Assembly: GCF_011386835.1 (NCBI RefSeq)
Contig: NC_088792.1
Span: 107,074,001-107,138,000 of the forward strand
DNA: 64,000 nt
Direction of reading: 5' to 3'
Source of the DNA: Chrysemys picta bellii
Taxonomy: Eukaryota
Shown: piece by piece, positions 40,219 to 52,700 of the stretch
Position numbering within the stretch: the first letter of the stretch is position 1
How the letters are laid out: each line of letters begins with the position of its first letter
Position numbers and translations under genes: made by a program
Notes under the pieces: generated by a model
What the model was told of the DNA's origin: nothing
The model's database searches: none
Seen by the model: the letters and a program-made list of their open reading frames with translations, nothing else

Positions 40219-41449
40219 ACATATTACTAGCATGGCAGTCCATTAGGTTTGCTTATTCCTTTCATGTAGGCAACAGATATATTTACTTTAACTATTGTTA
40301 TATGTCCAATTACCACAGCAGTAGATACCATGTAAACATCTATCAATAAGGGAGCACACCTATTGAGACGATAACATGTCACCAGCATACATATAACATA
40401 AAAGACAGATTGCCCAATCAAGGCCTAAAGCATTCATGCTTTATTACTTGATGATCAGATATCAAGTCACAATCTTGCTTAAAATATTCATCTCTTGGCA
40501 AAAGATAAAAAAAATCCAGAGAGCAATCACTCAGTATGTGTTACACACACTTGATAGATCATCTTTTCTTCAGACATTGGATGCTCAGGATAAGTATAGT
40601 TTACCATCATAGAGCTCTTGTTGTGCCAGTTCATCTCAAACCCCCTTCAGCGTCCACAGGCAATTGCAACAAAGTGACATAACAGGAACCTTTTCCCTAG
40701 TGGTTCATAGCTAAGAATCTCTTTACTGGGCTTTCTTTCTAAACCTAAAACTTCTTAGCAGTAGCAGGAAGTCAGAAAACAGTCTGAGTGCAGAAGGTCA
40801 ATGCTCTATGATAAATAAATGTTCAGCCACTGGACTAGCTAAAATTGGTTTTTAATGACTAACACTGTATCAGGGAAGTAGCGTAATAGAGAACTGTCAG
40901 AGAAGTTGTTTTCTGCATAAATTATAAATACATTCTTCTATACGAAGTGATAACCATGCCCCATTTCTGATGAAGTGATGCTTATTGTGCTGGGCTTTTC
41001 TGTCACTAAAAGGTAGTGGGGGGAGGGTAAGAGGGGGAGGGCTTTGTATCAAATATAATATTAAAGATCTTAGGGCCTGATTCTCCATTTTCCTGCACCA
41101 TGTGTAATCATTCAGACCATTGCAAGGTGGGTGTAAAACCAAATCAGAGTGATCATGTTAGACATTCATTTTGTACCAGTGTAAATAACTAGACAGGGTG
41201 CAGAGCAATGGAGAATCAGGCCCCATAAGCTTTGCAATCTGTTATCTCTACATCCTATTTGAGGGGAAGATGAGCACTGATCTAATTTAGTCAGCATAAG
41301 GGACAATGATACAAACAGTCAGAGTCAACCTGTGCCTGTCATTGTAAGCTCCTGGTTTTAGTTGGTTGCATGCTAATAGAAAAGTCTGACTAACATGATA
41401 CAAAGATGGTAGTTCCATTAAAATGGAGCGTGCGTGCCTAACCCTCTGA

Positions 41450-41608
<159 letters not shown>

Positions 41609-42429
41609 TAAACGTTTGCTGTCTCCTAAAAAAAGCCTTATAGGGTTTTCAGTCTTGCATCATGATTTTCATTTGTTATCATTAAATTAACAATATATAA
41701 ATATATAGGATTCGCTAGACGGATGCATTAAAAAAGGATACTTTCTGCAGCTTAACTTTCCATTTTACAGCTTTTGTGGGGGGGGGTTCAGTATTCTTGC
41801 CTTTTCCACTGTTGATGCCCCAGGTCTTCTATATGATTATCTTGGGAATCGAGGCTCCTATTCAGGAAAGCACTTAAGCAGATGCTTAAGACTACATTTT
41901 GTTAACTTCCCACATTAGGGCCCGACCCTGTGTGTTGACACGTGTAAGCATGTATGTGTAGGTGAGGATGGGCTGAATGTAAGAGGTTAATACTATTTCA
42001 CTCCTTCAGAAAGGTTGTACACTTGTTTACCTCATTTCTTTGGTCAAGTATCATTTATAAACCTAGAAATATGTGCCCAGCTGATGAGAATGGTAAAAGA
42101 AAAACCAAGATCAATTTATACTTCTTCACATACATACTGTAAGCAACACAAACTTCCATAACCTGCTTCCTTCTTTTACTAATAGACATTTTCTTGTCTC
42201 AGTGACTTGACTAGGCGGTTGTGTCCATTTTCTTCTTCCAGTTGGTATTCACTGTGCAGAGTAGTGGCTTGTAGCAAATCAATCAAAGGAAACTGAATAC
42301 AATGAGAGAGATTGCAATAATGTTTAGGTTTAGACTTAAACCTTCAAAAGCATGGAAACTCAAAGGAAAGCCTGAGCTCATTTCTACGGAGAAACAGACA
42401 GAATATTCAGACTTCTCCTAGTTTTATAT

Positions 42430-43620
42430 CACTTGCTTCAGGAGAGGATTAAAGCCTTTGGGAAGGACTAAATTGTAAGACGGGTTTTGAAGAAAAGGTG
42501 GAGACATGACAGACTAGGTAAGGGAGGGGGATTCCAGAATGTAGGAAGCCACATGGAAGGAGGTTTGATTCTAAGAGTGGGAAGACACAAGGGAGCAGTA
42601 GCTCATGTGGCAGGGATGGAGCAAAAAGGGAGTGAAGCATGCCACAGAAAGAGACAAACAGAGAATAGTAGGGATCCAAGTTGTATATACCCTTTAAGAG
42701 AAGAAGAAGAAGAAGCCTAAACTTGATGGAGTGGGTGACAGGAAGCCAGTGGAAGGATTTGAAGCAGGGAAGAACACTGGTAGAGCAGTAGGCATTTAGT
42801 TTTTCAGGGGTTAAATTTGAACTGTGGGCAGGACATCCAGGAAGAGACAGCCAGAAGTACAAATATGAATAGAGTGGGTTTAAGTGAGAGGACAAGAGGC
42901 ACAGCAGAAAATACTGGATGAGATTGTAAAGGGAGAAGAAGATAGGGCCAACACAGAACACTGAGAGACCTTGGTAAAGAGAGGGAGGAAAGAGGCACCA
43001 CCAAAGAAGATACTGCAGAAGTAGTCTGAGAGGTAGGAGAGGAAGTCTCTACAGTCTAGGGCAGAGAGAGTTTGTAGGAAGAGGGCATGATCAACTATAT
43101 CTAAAATGGGAGAGAGCTGAAAATTATGGAGATGGAGAAGAACCTTTGTGATTTGTCCAGGACGACATCATTGGGCAGTTTCAGTGGAATGGAGGTGGCC
43201 CAATTGAAGGTGATCAAGGAGTGAATTAACATAGAGGAAGCTAAGGCCACATTTGAGAATTTTGAAAGAGGAGAGTGGTAGATGGAGAGGAGATGGGCTC
43301 AATGGAGGGATGTTTGAGGCTACAGGAAATAATAGCATGCTTGAAGTCAGAGATGTGTGAGCGAGAGCAGAGAAAAACTGAGAAGGAGGGAGATTGTATA
43401 GGGGGGAAGTCAGGAGTTGGAGAAAACAAGGTCAAGAGAGCAGATTGAGAGACTGGTGGAAGAGAGTAAGAGACACACGTCTGAATCAGAAACGGGTGAG
43501 GGAGGAGAGACTATATTGTAAGAGAGGGGAGGAGGAATCTTGTACCAGAGTGTGTCATTATGTCAGAAGGTAGAATAGTAGGTTTAAGGAGACAGTCAAA
43601 GATGGGGAAAAGAAGTGATT
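42430..43620 (-). mobile_element. L2 LINE ORF2 3' fragment (degenerate)
   Basis: The minus-strand ORF contains FKSFHWLPVTHSIKFRLLLLLLLKGIYNLDPYY, matching the L2/CR1-clade C-terminal LHWLPV..RI.FK.L.L..K motif; purine-rich + strand. Confidence 0.75.
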
Positions 43621-45682
43621 GTAGGAGCAGGACTTAATCAGGGCAGGAAATGTAGCTGCTTACCAACTAAGATGGCAGAATTGTAGTGGAGGTAAATACT
43701 GAAAATGTGGTAGGAATTCTGAGTTATTAAAGAACTCCAAATTGTTTGATGATTAAGGACCGGATTCAACTACCAGAGTAAGTTGATGCAATTCTTCTGA
43801 AGGCTCTGGATTGAATTTGTCTCTTAGACTTTTTGCATAAGGAAAAAATATCAGCTGTGAAGACACCAAGAAGACCAGAGAAATTAATTTGGTTTAGAAA
43901 ACTATTTTTAATAAACACAAATAAGTAACCCATTTAGAGCGGTTGGGCATGGACTGTTTTTTGTTTTCCATTGTTTGTCACCCTCATGCTGACAAACAAT
44001 AGAGAAAGCCAGGCAAATGAGAGACACAGGTAAGGCAGAGTTTTCTGTCACTTATTCAGTGTGTGGTGTAAGAAGACACCATGACAGACTATTTATGAAG
44101 ACTCTGCTGTAAAAAAAAAAAGGCCTCTTTGGGCAAAGAGACTCATCAGAGACCCCCAAATTCCCTCCTTTTTTCCCCAGTGCTCACCCCGTTTAATATG
44201 AAGTACATTACGAGTTGCTCAAACTCCAAGTCCGGTCTCCTTGTCCAAAGTCCGTTTTGGTAACAAGAAAATGGACATTGAACTAAAGGATTAAATACAC
44301 CAAACACTGAACCAATTTCCAGCTCTCCCACATTCCTTTAACATAACAATGCTACCATCATTTAACCAGTGACTAATTTAAAAGACACCAGTCCTGATTC
44401 TCCTCACTTACACTGATTTTAAACCAGCGCATCACTATTGACCTCACTGGCATCACTCGTCATTTAGACTGAATTAAATGAGAGGAGAATAAAGCCCAGA
44501 AGCACCACTGGTTACAAATGCCAGAGAAGGCGCAGGTTTCCTCGGCCAACCATAAACCTCAGGGCTAGTTAACAGGTAGGAAAAACAAGCCACTGTTGCA
44601 AAGAGGAACACAACAATATTAGAGATAAGTCAAGGTCCAGTCAGTCCCAAACTCAAGAGAGACAGAACAGTATGTGGAACTTGGTATAAAGCTGAGCTCA
44701 TTCACCAATTTCAATTAATTAGGTGTGAAATTATTTGACAGCAATAGTGCCATTGCAGCACTTGTGTACGGCACCTTGCTTTGCAAACAGGAACAAACCC
44801 CAGGGTTGAGAGCCAAATTGGACCTTCCAACCTGGGGTTGGAGAGGGACTGGTAACAGTTCAGGCTGAAATGTGTCTGATATGTTAAAACATCAACCAGA
44901 AATTTTTTTTAAAAGAAGCCTATCAAAGCTAGAGCGTATCAGCTGTCTGTTAGCATTTAGTTACCTGTGGCAAGCACCCTGAAACACTGCAAAGCTTCTG
45001 AAGAGCTTCACGCCACTAGCAGTTTACCTTACTTATTCTCTGATAACCATAAAAATAGGTGATTGTTTTTAATGAGCACTAGTGTTATCTGCACTGCCCA
45101 TATGTAAAAATGATACTTGCCTGCCTTAAGCTTGTGTGTGTTTGAAATGCTCTTGCTCTGTGACAGATTTTTCCTTACGAGGAGCTGATCATATTGGTCA
45201 GCTATAGGCTAGTTATGGTACATAATCATAAAGCAAATATTAACCAATAAAGAACACCTAAACTTGTGCCCTCTGGATGCTCAGTGTATAACATATAATA
45301 ATAAAGAGAGCCCAGGTTTAATGATGTACAGTACATATATGCTTTAACTTTGTTGTTTTCTGAATCAGGGGTATAAATTCATATTAAAAAATGTGGTAAG
45401 CATTTCACACATTGCCCATACATTTTCCACAGAGTCCATTTTGACTCTCTAGTCTTTAGCTCTTTGCATTTTGAAACTATGGGATTAGAAATGGTGCATC
45501 TAATAAAAACCATGGCATTAGTGGGGAGGAGCAAACACTAGCACTAGGAGTGGGAGGTGGGAAAAGCAACCCAAAAAGCACAGGGTCTGGCATGGGTGGA
45601 GCCAAGTTAGGAGCTGTATATGCCATGCCACCTTACTGGAAATGTACTGAGGAGTTAAGATAGCTCTAAGAAGTGCTAGCTC

Positions 45683-46088
45683 TAGGGCTGGTCAGAAAAC
45701 AAAAACATCCATTTTGAACAAATGTTGAGCTTTTGACATTTGTTTTCATTCTGCATTAGAACAAAAACTAAAACTTTTAGAAATTTTTCACAAAAAATGA
45801 GAGAGTCCCCTGCCTTCCAATTACCCAGTAGCTCACTGGGTAGAGCACTCACCTGAGGATGAGGGAAGACCCAAGAGCAAATCCCTGCTCTGCTTGAGTC
45901 AGAGCAGGGATTTGAACCTAGGTCTCCCACATTTCAGCTGAATAAGAGCCTCCTGGGAAGAGGGAGAAATCCCGGACCTGAGAAAGTTTAGACAAAAAGA
46001 GAGAAGATTCCTCAAAACGTTCTAGTTTTGACCAATCTGCATTTTCCTACAAAAAGACGTTTCGTCAAAAAATTCCTGACCAGCTCTA
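45683..46088. mobile_element. Old hAT-like element (TAGGGCTGG-type ends)
   Basis: Ends tagggctggtcag / ctgaccagctcta; flanks gctagctc / gttggctc (6/8). Confidence 0.6.
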
Positions 46089-46620
46089 GTTGGCTCCCAT
46101 TCTGTGCCTGCTACCTCCCCTGCTGTGGAGTGAGGCTAGAGCACAGCAGGGAGGAGCCAGGCTTCCAGAGAAGATGGAGGCCCAGGAAGTGCCTGGTAGG
46201 CAGCAGGACTTTCTGCACTATAGGCCTGTTTTTTTCAGGATTTCAAGCAAGCGATTTCCAGGCTGCACTCCTGGCCCTTTGTGGAGTTTGGAAATCCCTC
46301 CACTCTGACAGGGCAGTTCTGTCCACTTCATCCTGTGGAATTTCCAACAGACTTTCCCCCTGCTCTTTGGAGGCTCTTCAACAGGAAGGGACAATTGAGC
46401 CCCATTTTATGCAATCTTGTACATGCTGCAGACTAATGGAAAGTTATTAGTATAGCCTGGAGCAGTATTAACTTCCAAGGGAGCCCCTCTGTATTTTAAG
46501 GAGGAGTGACAGCAGCAGTGGCTGGTAGGAGGGAAGCAGAACAGGCTCTACATAGAAAGACCTCACCTCCCTGGATCCCCTGAGATCTGTCAGACCCATG
46601 TTGCTCACAGTTCCATAGGG

Positions 46621-47544
46621 CAGTGGTGTTCAAACTTTTTTTCTGGTGACCCAGTTGAAGAAAATTGTTAATGCCCGCGACCCAGCAAAGTTGGGGTTGA
46701 GGGGTTTGTGGTGTGGGAGGGGCTCAGGGCTGGGCCAGAGGGTTGAGGTGAGGGGGTAAGGGCTGCAGGGTGGGGCCAGGAATGAATGGTTCAAGGTGTG
46801 GGAAGGGGCTCTGGACTGGGGCAGGGGGTTGGGGGGCAGGAGGGGGACAGGGCTCTGGGCTGGGGGGTGGGGCTGGGGATGAGGGGTTTGGAGTGCAGGA
46901 GGGGGCTCTGGGTTTGGGGGGGGCTCAGGGCTGGGGATTGGGGTGTGGGAGGGGGTCAAGGCTCTGGGCTGGGGGTGTAGGCTCTGTAGTGGGGCCGGGG
47001 ATGAGGATTTTGGGGTGCAGGAAGGGGCTCTGGGTTTGGGGGGGCTCAGGGCTGGGGCAGGGGATTGGGGAGCAGGCTTACCTCGGGCAGCTCCTGGTCA
47101 GTGGCGCAGCGGGGGTGCTAAGACAGGCTTCCTGTCTGTTCTGGCACCACGGACCGCACTCCGCCTCGGAAGCAGCCAGCAGCAGGTCCAGCTCCTAGAC
47201 AGAGGCACACAAGCGGCTCTGTGTAGCTCTCGCCCACAGGCACCGACTCCCCCTGCTCCTATTGGCTGGTTTCCAGCCAATGGGAGTGCGGAGCCAGTGC
47301 TCGGGGCGGGGGAAATATGCAGAGTCCCATGGCCCCCCTGTCTAGAAGCCGGACCTGCTGCTGGTCACTTCCAGGACACAGCGTAGTGTCAGAACAGGTA
47401 GGAACTAGCCTGCCTTAGCTGGGTAGCACCGCCGATGGGACTTTTAACAGCCAAGTCAGCGGTGCTGATCAGAGCTGCTGCGACCCAGTGCCTTCCATTC
47501 CACGACCCCATTCTGGGTCGCGACCCGCAGTTTGAAAACCCCTG
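46621..47544. mobile_element. hAT (Charlie-like) non-autonomous element with G-rich internal repeats
   Basis: TIRs cagtggtgttcaaac / gtttgaaaacccctg; perfect 8-bp TSD ccataggg (46613-46620, 47545-47552); internal gggctctggg / gggctcagggctgggg repeats. Confidence 0.9.
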
Positions 47545-48333
47545 CCATAGGGAGTGGGGTACACTATCTGGGAACCTGAAGGAGGTTTCTTCCTCTTTGC
47601 CCCTCCTTTATGGGACTGGTAATATTGCAGATGTATTACAAATACTGCATGAGAGACTTTTTTGTCATTCAGAGCTACCTGTTAGTGAAGTTCAGTATCA
47701 TGAATGATAGTGTAGCGTAGTACACAGATATACTTTAAATCAGCAGCAGCATTTTTAAATAATTTCTCCAATTCCCAGGCTTTACTTTTATTTTTAACTT
47801 GTTTCTCTATAGCCAAGATTTTCAAAAGTGATTACTGACAATAGGCACTTCAATTTTTGGGTGCCCAGTTTGAGACATCTTACAGGGGCCTGACTTCTAA
47901 AGTGAGGAGCACCCGCTTTTTAGTCTTTAGAAGTTGGACACACAGTAACTTTTGGAAATCTTAGTTTATCTACTTGGAAACTGCTCCTAATATTTTTTCT
48001 TTGCTCATAGATGTGAAGTTGTAATTTTTTTAGTGGACTCTGTTGCACTTGTAAGGTCTCACTTAGATTTGGTTGGCAAAATGGACTGTTCAGCCAGCTC
48101 AAAAGAAGTCTCACTCCATGCAGAATGCTAATTTTCAGTTCAATGGAATTATTTATTTGAGAAACATTGCCTTATGTTGCTTCTGCCAGTTATACTTTTC
48201 ACTACAGAAAACTTATGGACATGTGAACCTTCTTTTCAGAACTAGTGTCTAGCCTATGGTTGGTCAAAAAATTTTCATTTGAAGTGTTTGATGGAAAATT
48301 GATTTTTTGATTAAATGAATTATTTTGTGAAAA

Positions 48334-48475
48334 GTTTCAGAGTAGCAGCCGTGTTAGTCAGTATCCGCAGATTTGTACCCCGCATTGAATCTTTCTATTT
48401 TGATTTTACTGACATAGGAAGTCCAATGCTTAGACACATTGAATCCCAAATGTCTAACTCCTGATTGTTTTGGAA
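48334..48475. mobile_element. Chimeric insertion: 36-nt PLE terminus plus 109-bp copy of 48944-49052
   Basis: Flanked by the exact 18-bp direct repeat aattattttgtgaaaagt (48318-48335, 48476-48493); 48367-48475 is identical to 48944-49052. Confidence 0.9.
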
Positions 48476-49057
48476 AATTATTTTGTGAAAAGTGTTTGCT
48501 TTCCACAGAAGGTTTTGATTTTTTTGTCAATATGTTGAATGGTCAAAAAATGAAATGTTTTTGTTTTTCAGACAAAAAACTAAATATTTCTGACAAACTC
48601 CCATTCTCTTCTATGGGCCAGGATCTTTTGACAGACTTTATCTCCCATGATGCACCATGGACATGTAACTGCCATGATATAGCACCTCCATGCACCAAGA
48701 AGGAGGTCGTGGCACACCAGAGTCCAACCAAGGAGCCCAGCCTGTAAAGAAGAATGGGAGTTTGAGGCAGTTGAACCACAAGTCTCATGAGGCAACACGG
48801 CAGTATTTCAGAATTGAATTTTGTTGTGTGTTTGGCCAAAATTTTTCAGTTTTTGATTGTTTGCCAAAATATATTTTCTCATCAGTTCTAGTGTAGCACA
48901 CCAGGAAATTGAGAGCTCTTCACAGCAGTTCTCAATTTCAGATGCAGATTTGTACCCCGCATTGAATCTTTCTATTTTGATTTTACTGACATAGGAAGTC
49001 CAATGCTTAGACACATTGAATCCCAAATGTCTAACTCCTGATTGTTTTGGAATGCAG

Positions 49058-49764
49058 GTGAGAAATGCTTGTCTGATGTTCCCTACGATGCCACCACTAA
49101 TTATGAGAAGGAGAGTGAGATGATGCAGACCCATGTTATAGACCAGGCCATTAACAATGCCATCAGTTACCTAGGGGCAGAGTCTTTGCGTCCCCTTGTG
49201 CAGACACCTCCAGGCAGCTCTGAAGCAGCACCTATTATCAGCTCCATGTATCAACTCCACAAACCTCTTGGGGACAATCACGCTCGTTCCAATCATACTG
49301 CTCAGGACACCGCGGTGGAAAACTTGTTGCTGCTTTCCAAAGCCAAATCCATCTCCTCTGAAAGGGATGCCTCCCCCAGCAATAGCTGCCAAGACTCAAC
49401 AGATACAGAGAGTAATAATGAGGAGCGCAGCGGTTTAATTTACCTGACGAATCACATAGTTCCCCACGCAAGAAATGGCCTGTCTATAAAAGAAGAACAG
49501 AGGCAATATGAAGTCCTGAGGGCAGGTACTGACAATTCCCACGATGCTTTCAAAGTGATCACCAGCAATGGGGAGCAAGTAAAAGTTTACAAGTGCGAAC
49601 ACTGTAGAGTTCTTTTCTTGGATCATGTGATGTACACCATCCACATGGGCTGTCATGGGTTCCGCGATCCTTTTGAATGCAACATGTGTGGCTACCACAG
49701 CCAGGACAGATATGAATTCTCTTCTCACATAACACGAGGGGAGCACCGTTTCCACATGAGTTAA
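49058..49764 (+). CDS. IKZF1: IKZF1 last coding exon 8 with the C-terminal dimerisation zinc fingers, ending at TAA
   Basis: aatgcag acceptor with ctaac branch site at 49031-49035. Encodes [11 protein letters not shown]...[58 protein letters not shown]. Exons 4-8 total 1397 nt; adding the usual 160 nt of exons 2-3 gives 518 aa. Confidence 0.99.
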
Positions 49765-52700
49765 AACCCCTCCCACACAGATGGGACCTTGTCAGCTGTA
49801 CTACTGGAGCTGTATGAACAACAAAAAACACCAGTCTATTGGACAGTAAAAGCATCCAGAAATGAAAATTAGAAGACCTGGCCCCAGGAGTTTTCTCCTC
49901 TTGGTAGCATGTATTGCAACTTAATTTTATAAAATGCATATTGATGTTTTTATTGCAAATATTTGGATCACCAAACCTTTAGTAAGTAGCAGCTTTTGTA
50001 GTCAGGTAGCTGAATCCACTTCCTTCTAGCTATTGCTTTCTGCAGACCTCTCTCTCCAACACAGTTAAGCATGTGCATAATGCACAAAAACTTGGCTGGG
50101 GGCTAGAAAGGCCTTGTGCTAATATGCTGAGAATAGGGCTCTTACACCAGACTTTTTTTTTACTTCCCATTATTACTTGGGTCATTAGGAAGACATAATT
50201 AAAATAAAGACAAAGCAGCCCAACCAAGACCCTTGAGTGGTGCCATGGGGACCTGGAATGGTGTTGCAAGCCTAGACCCTTGACAGGCACTATTTTAGCA
50301 GTGAAGTAAAATAACACAGTAGCACACACCAAGGTGTGGATTTTCTTGCCTGCATGGCATACCTTATTTCTATTGTGAAGCATAAGGCCAGTTGTTTGAA
50401 GGACATGAGAAACACCCTTGTAATATATACTCTGGAGTGGAAATTGCATTTATTTGGAGAAAAGGGTTTTGTTGACTTTTTAAAATAAATATTTTCCCTC
50501 CCTATCCAATAAAAACTAACTTTTTCCTTAAAAATATAAGGTTTAAAAATCTTTCCGCATAAGAAAATAACCATTTATGTAGAATTTTTTAAAAGGAGTT
50601 TTAATTATTTAGAAAAATACGATATTCAGTAGGAGAGAGAAAATGTTTGGAGATTATTTTTAGGCACGCTTCTTTCATTTTGGGGGCAAAATTTTTACAA
50701 CTGGCTTCAAAATTTCCACATTCACCCATTTTGCATATGAAAATGCCCATTCTGCTTGCACAGCAAGTACTCTGGCTATTTTGTGGGCTGTGTCTGGAAA
50801 ATTTAGCCCGCAATGATTTTTTTTGACGCACTGAAATGAATTAAACAGCCATTTAAAAAACGTAGTGCCTATCCCCCTTTTCTCTAAAATTAACCATTCA
50901 TTAAGAGATCCATCCTGCAAGATACTGAGCACTCTGGCACCGATCTATCAAAGCACTTCAGCTTTTGCCTGAGTAGTCACATGAACATAAATGGAACTAT
51001 TCTTATGCTTAAAGATAATCCCAAATTTAAGGGTTTTTTTTTTTTTTTGCTGGATTGAGTCCAGAGCAAGGATCAAGCCCTATGAAACCAAAAACATCTA
51101 TTCTATCTCCCCCGCCCCATCCCCACATTCAGCGTCCTCTTCTTGGCAAGATCCTCCCAACTAGCTGTTTAAATTCCAGTAAAATGAAAAGACCTCTGAA
51201 GCACAAAGGCAGCTGATAGTAAAAACTGCCAATCTGTTTGTCTCTTCTTTAGTTCCTCTTCCAAATAGCTCATTCCTCTCTGCAGCCTGCTGGCTTTAAG
51301 ACTGGGTAATAGTGATATTTATGCAACTTGGTTAAGAATCGCCCTGCAGAGCTGGAATATTTCCACAACAGTACAGGTACTAATAATTGATGATTGAGTT
51401 GCCCAACCCATTGAATGTACAAACATTTCCACTGTATAAGAGATTGGTACTACCCCATAAACAAAAAACATATATTGCAACAGGACCATTTCTTAAGTTT
51501 TGTAATACTGTTATGAATATATATATATATATATTCATTCATATTACGGGCCAAATTCAATAGAACTAGTGCACTTGCACCAAGGATGAATGGGGTCCAA
51601 TGGGTGTATATATTACATACATATAATATATATAAACAGACAAAGGGGTCCTGGTTCTGCTTTCACTTACGCAGCTGTAAATCAAGAGCAACTCCATTGA
51701 GGCAATGGAAGGATACTGGTGTAAGTGAGATTTGAATATGCTTTACACCTCACTCCCCCCCCCCCCCCCACACACACACACATTACTTTGTTAAACTGTA
51801 CAGTCATTCCTAACTATAAGAAATTTACTTTGTAAAAGCCAAGCTCCTTGGATCACAAGGGTGATATTACATAGAAAGAATGTCTATAATGCATGGACTG
51901 TGTAAACACATGCAAACACACTTATGCACATACATTGATGAATATGAATATGAACAACATCTTTCTTTTCTGGTATCCTACTGGGAATTTGACAGTAATA
52001 TAAACTATAGCCCTGATTGTGATCTTATACAGGTTAAATTCCATTGACTTAAGTGTAGGTACTACTGGTTAGAATCTGGCCCCTATGCATCAGCCTGGGC
52101 AAAGCCAAGAGGGGCATTTCTATCCATTTTTTGTGCCAAAAAGATTGCCTCACTGAGTCTGTTGCATATTCTGTGTCAACAAAGACTGCACGTACTGGTA
52201 TGCCAATAGCATTTAAACATGCTTCTAGGAAGAATCTGATGTTAAACTGCAAGGAAAGGGCAAAAATAACTTACACTAAGATGAGTTGTTGTTTTTAATT
52301 CAGTTTATATTCTATTTCTTTTTAATGTTCATGCTTTTCCAGGGCCTGATTCACCTGTCCTTTATCCTTACACCTTCACTGCAGGCTGTTCTCCCTGCCA
52401 TTCTGACCAGGGAGGTCCGGTGTCATTGCTGAGAGTTTCTTCAGTGACCTCTTTGCGTCAGTGGCAGAGAACTGGACAGCTGAGGAATGTACCTTAATCT
52501 CCTGGAAACAGGGAGCTGGTTCTGTTACTGATATTCGTGGCCCTCTCACAGTTTAAAGTGTTATACAATCTATACACAGCTTATTTTTAGCTTTTGGAAA
52601 AAAATCTTTTTCTTAACACACCTCAGCCCATAAGGAAACGCTTTTTTAGGGCATTTCTTTGCTAAAGCCCACAAAAGAGCGAGCCAAAGTCACTACTGCT

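Noticed and set aside
46630-47386. Gly-rich ORFs
   Set aside because: They are translations of the G-rich repeats inside the hAT element.
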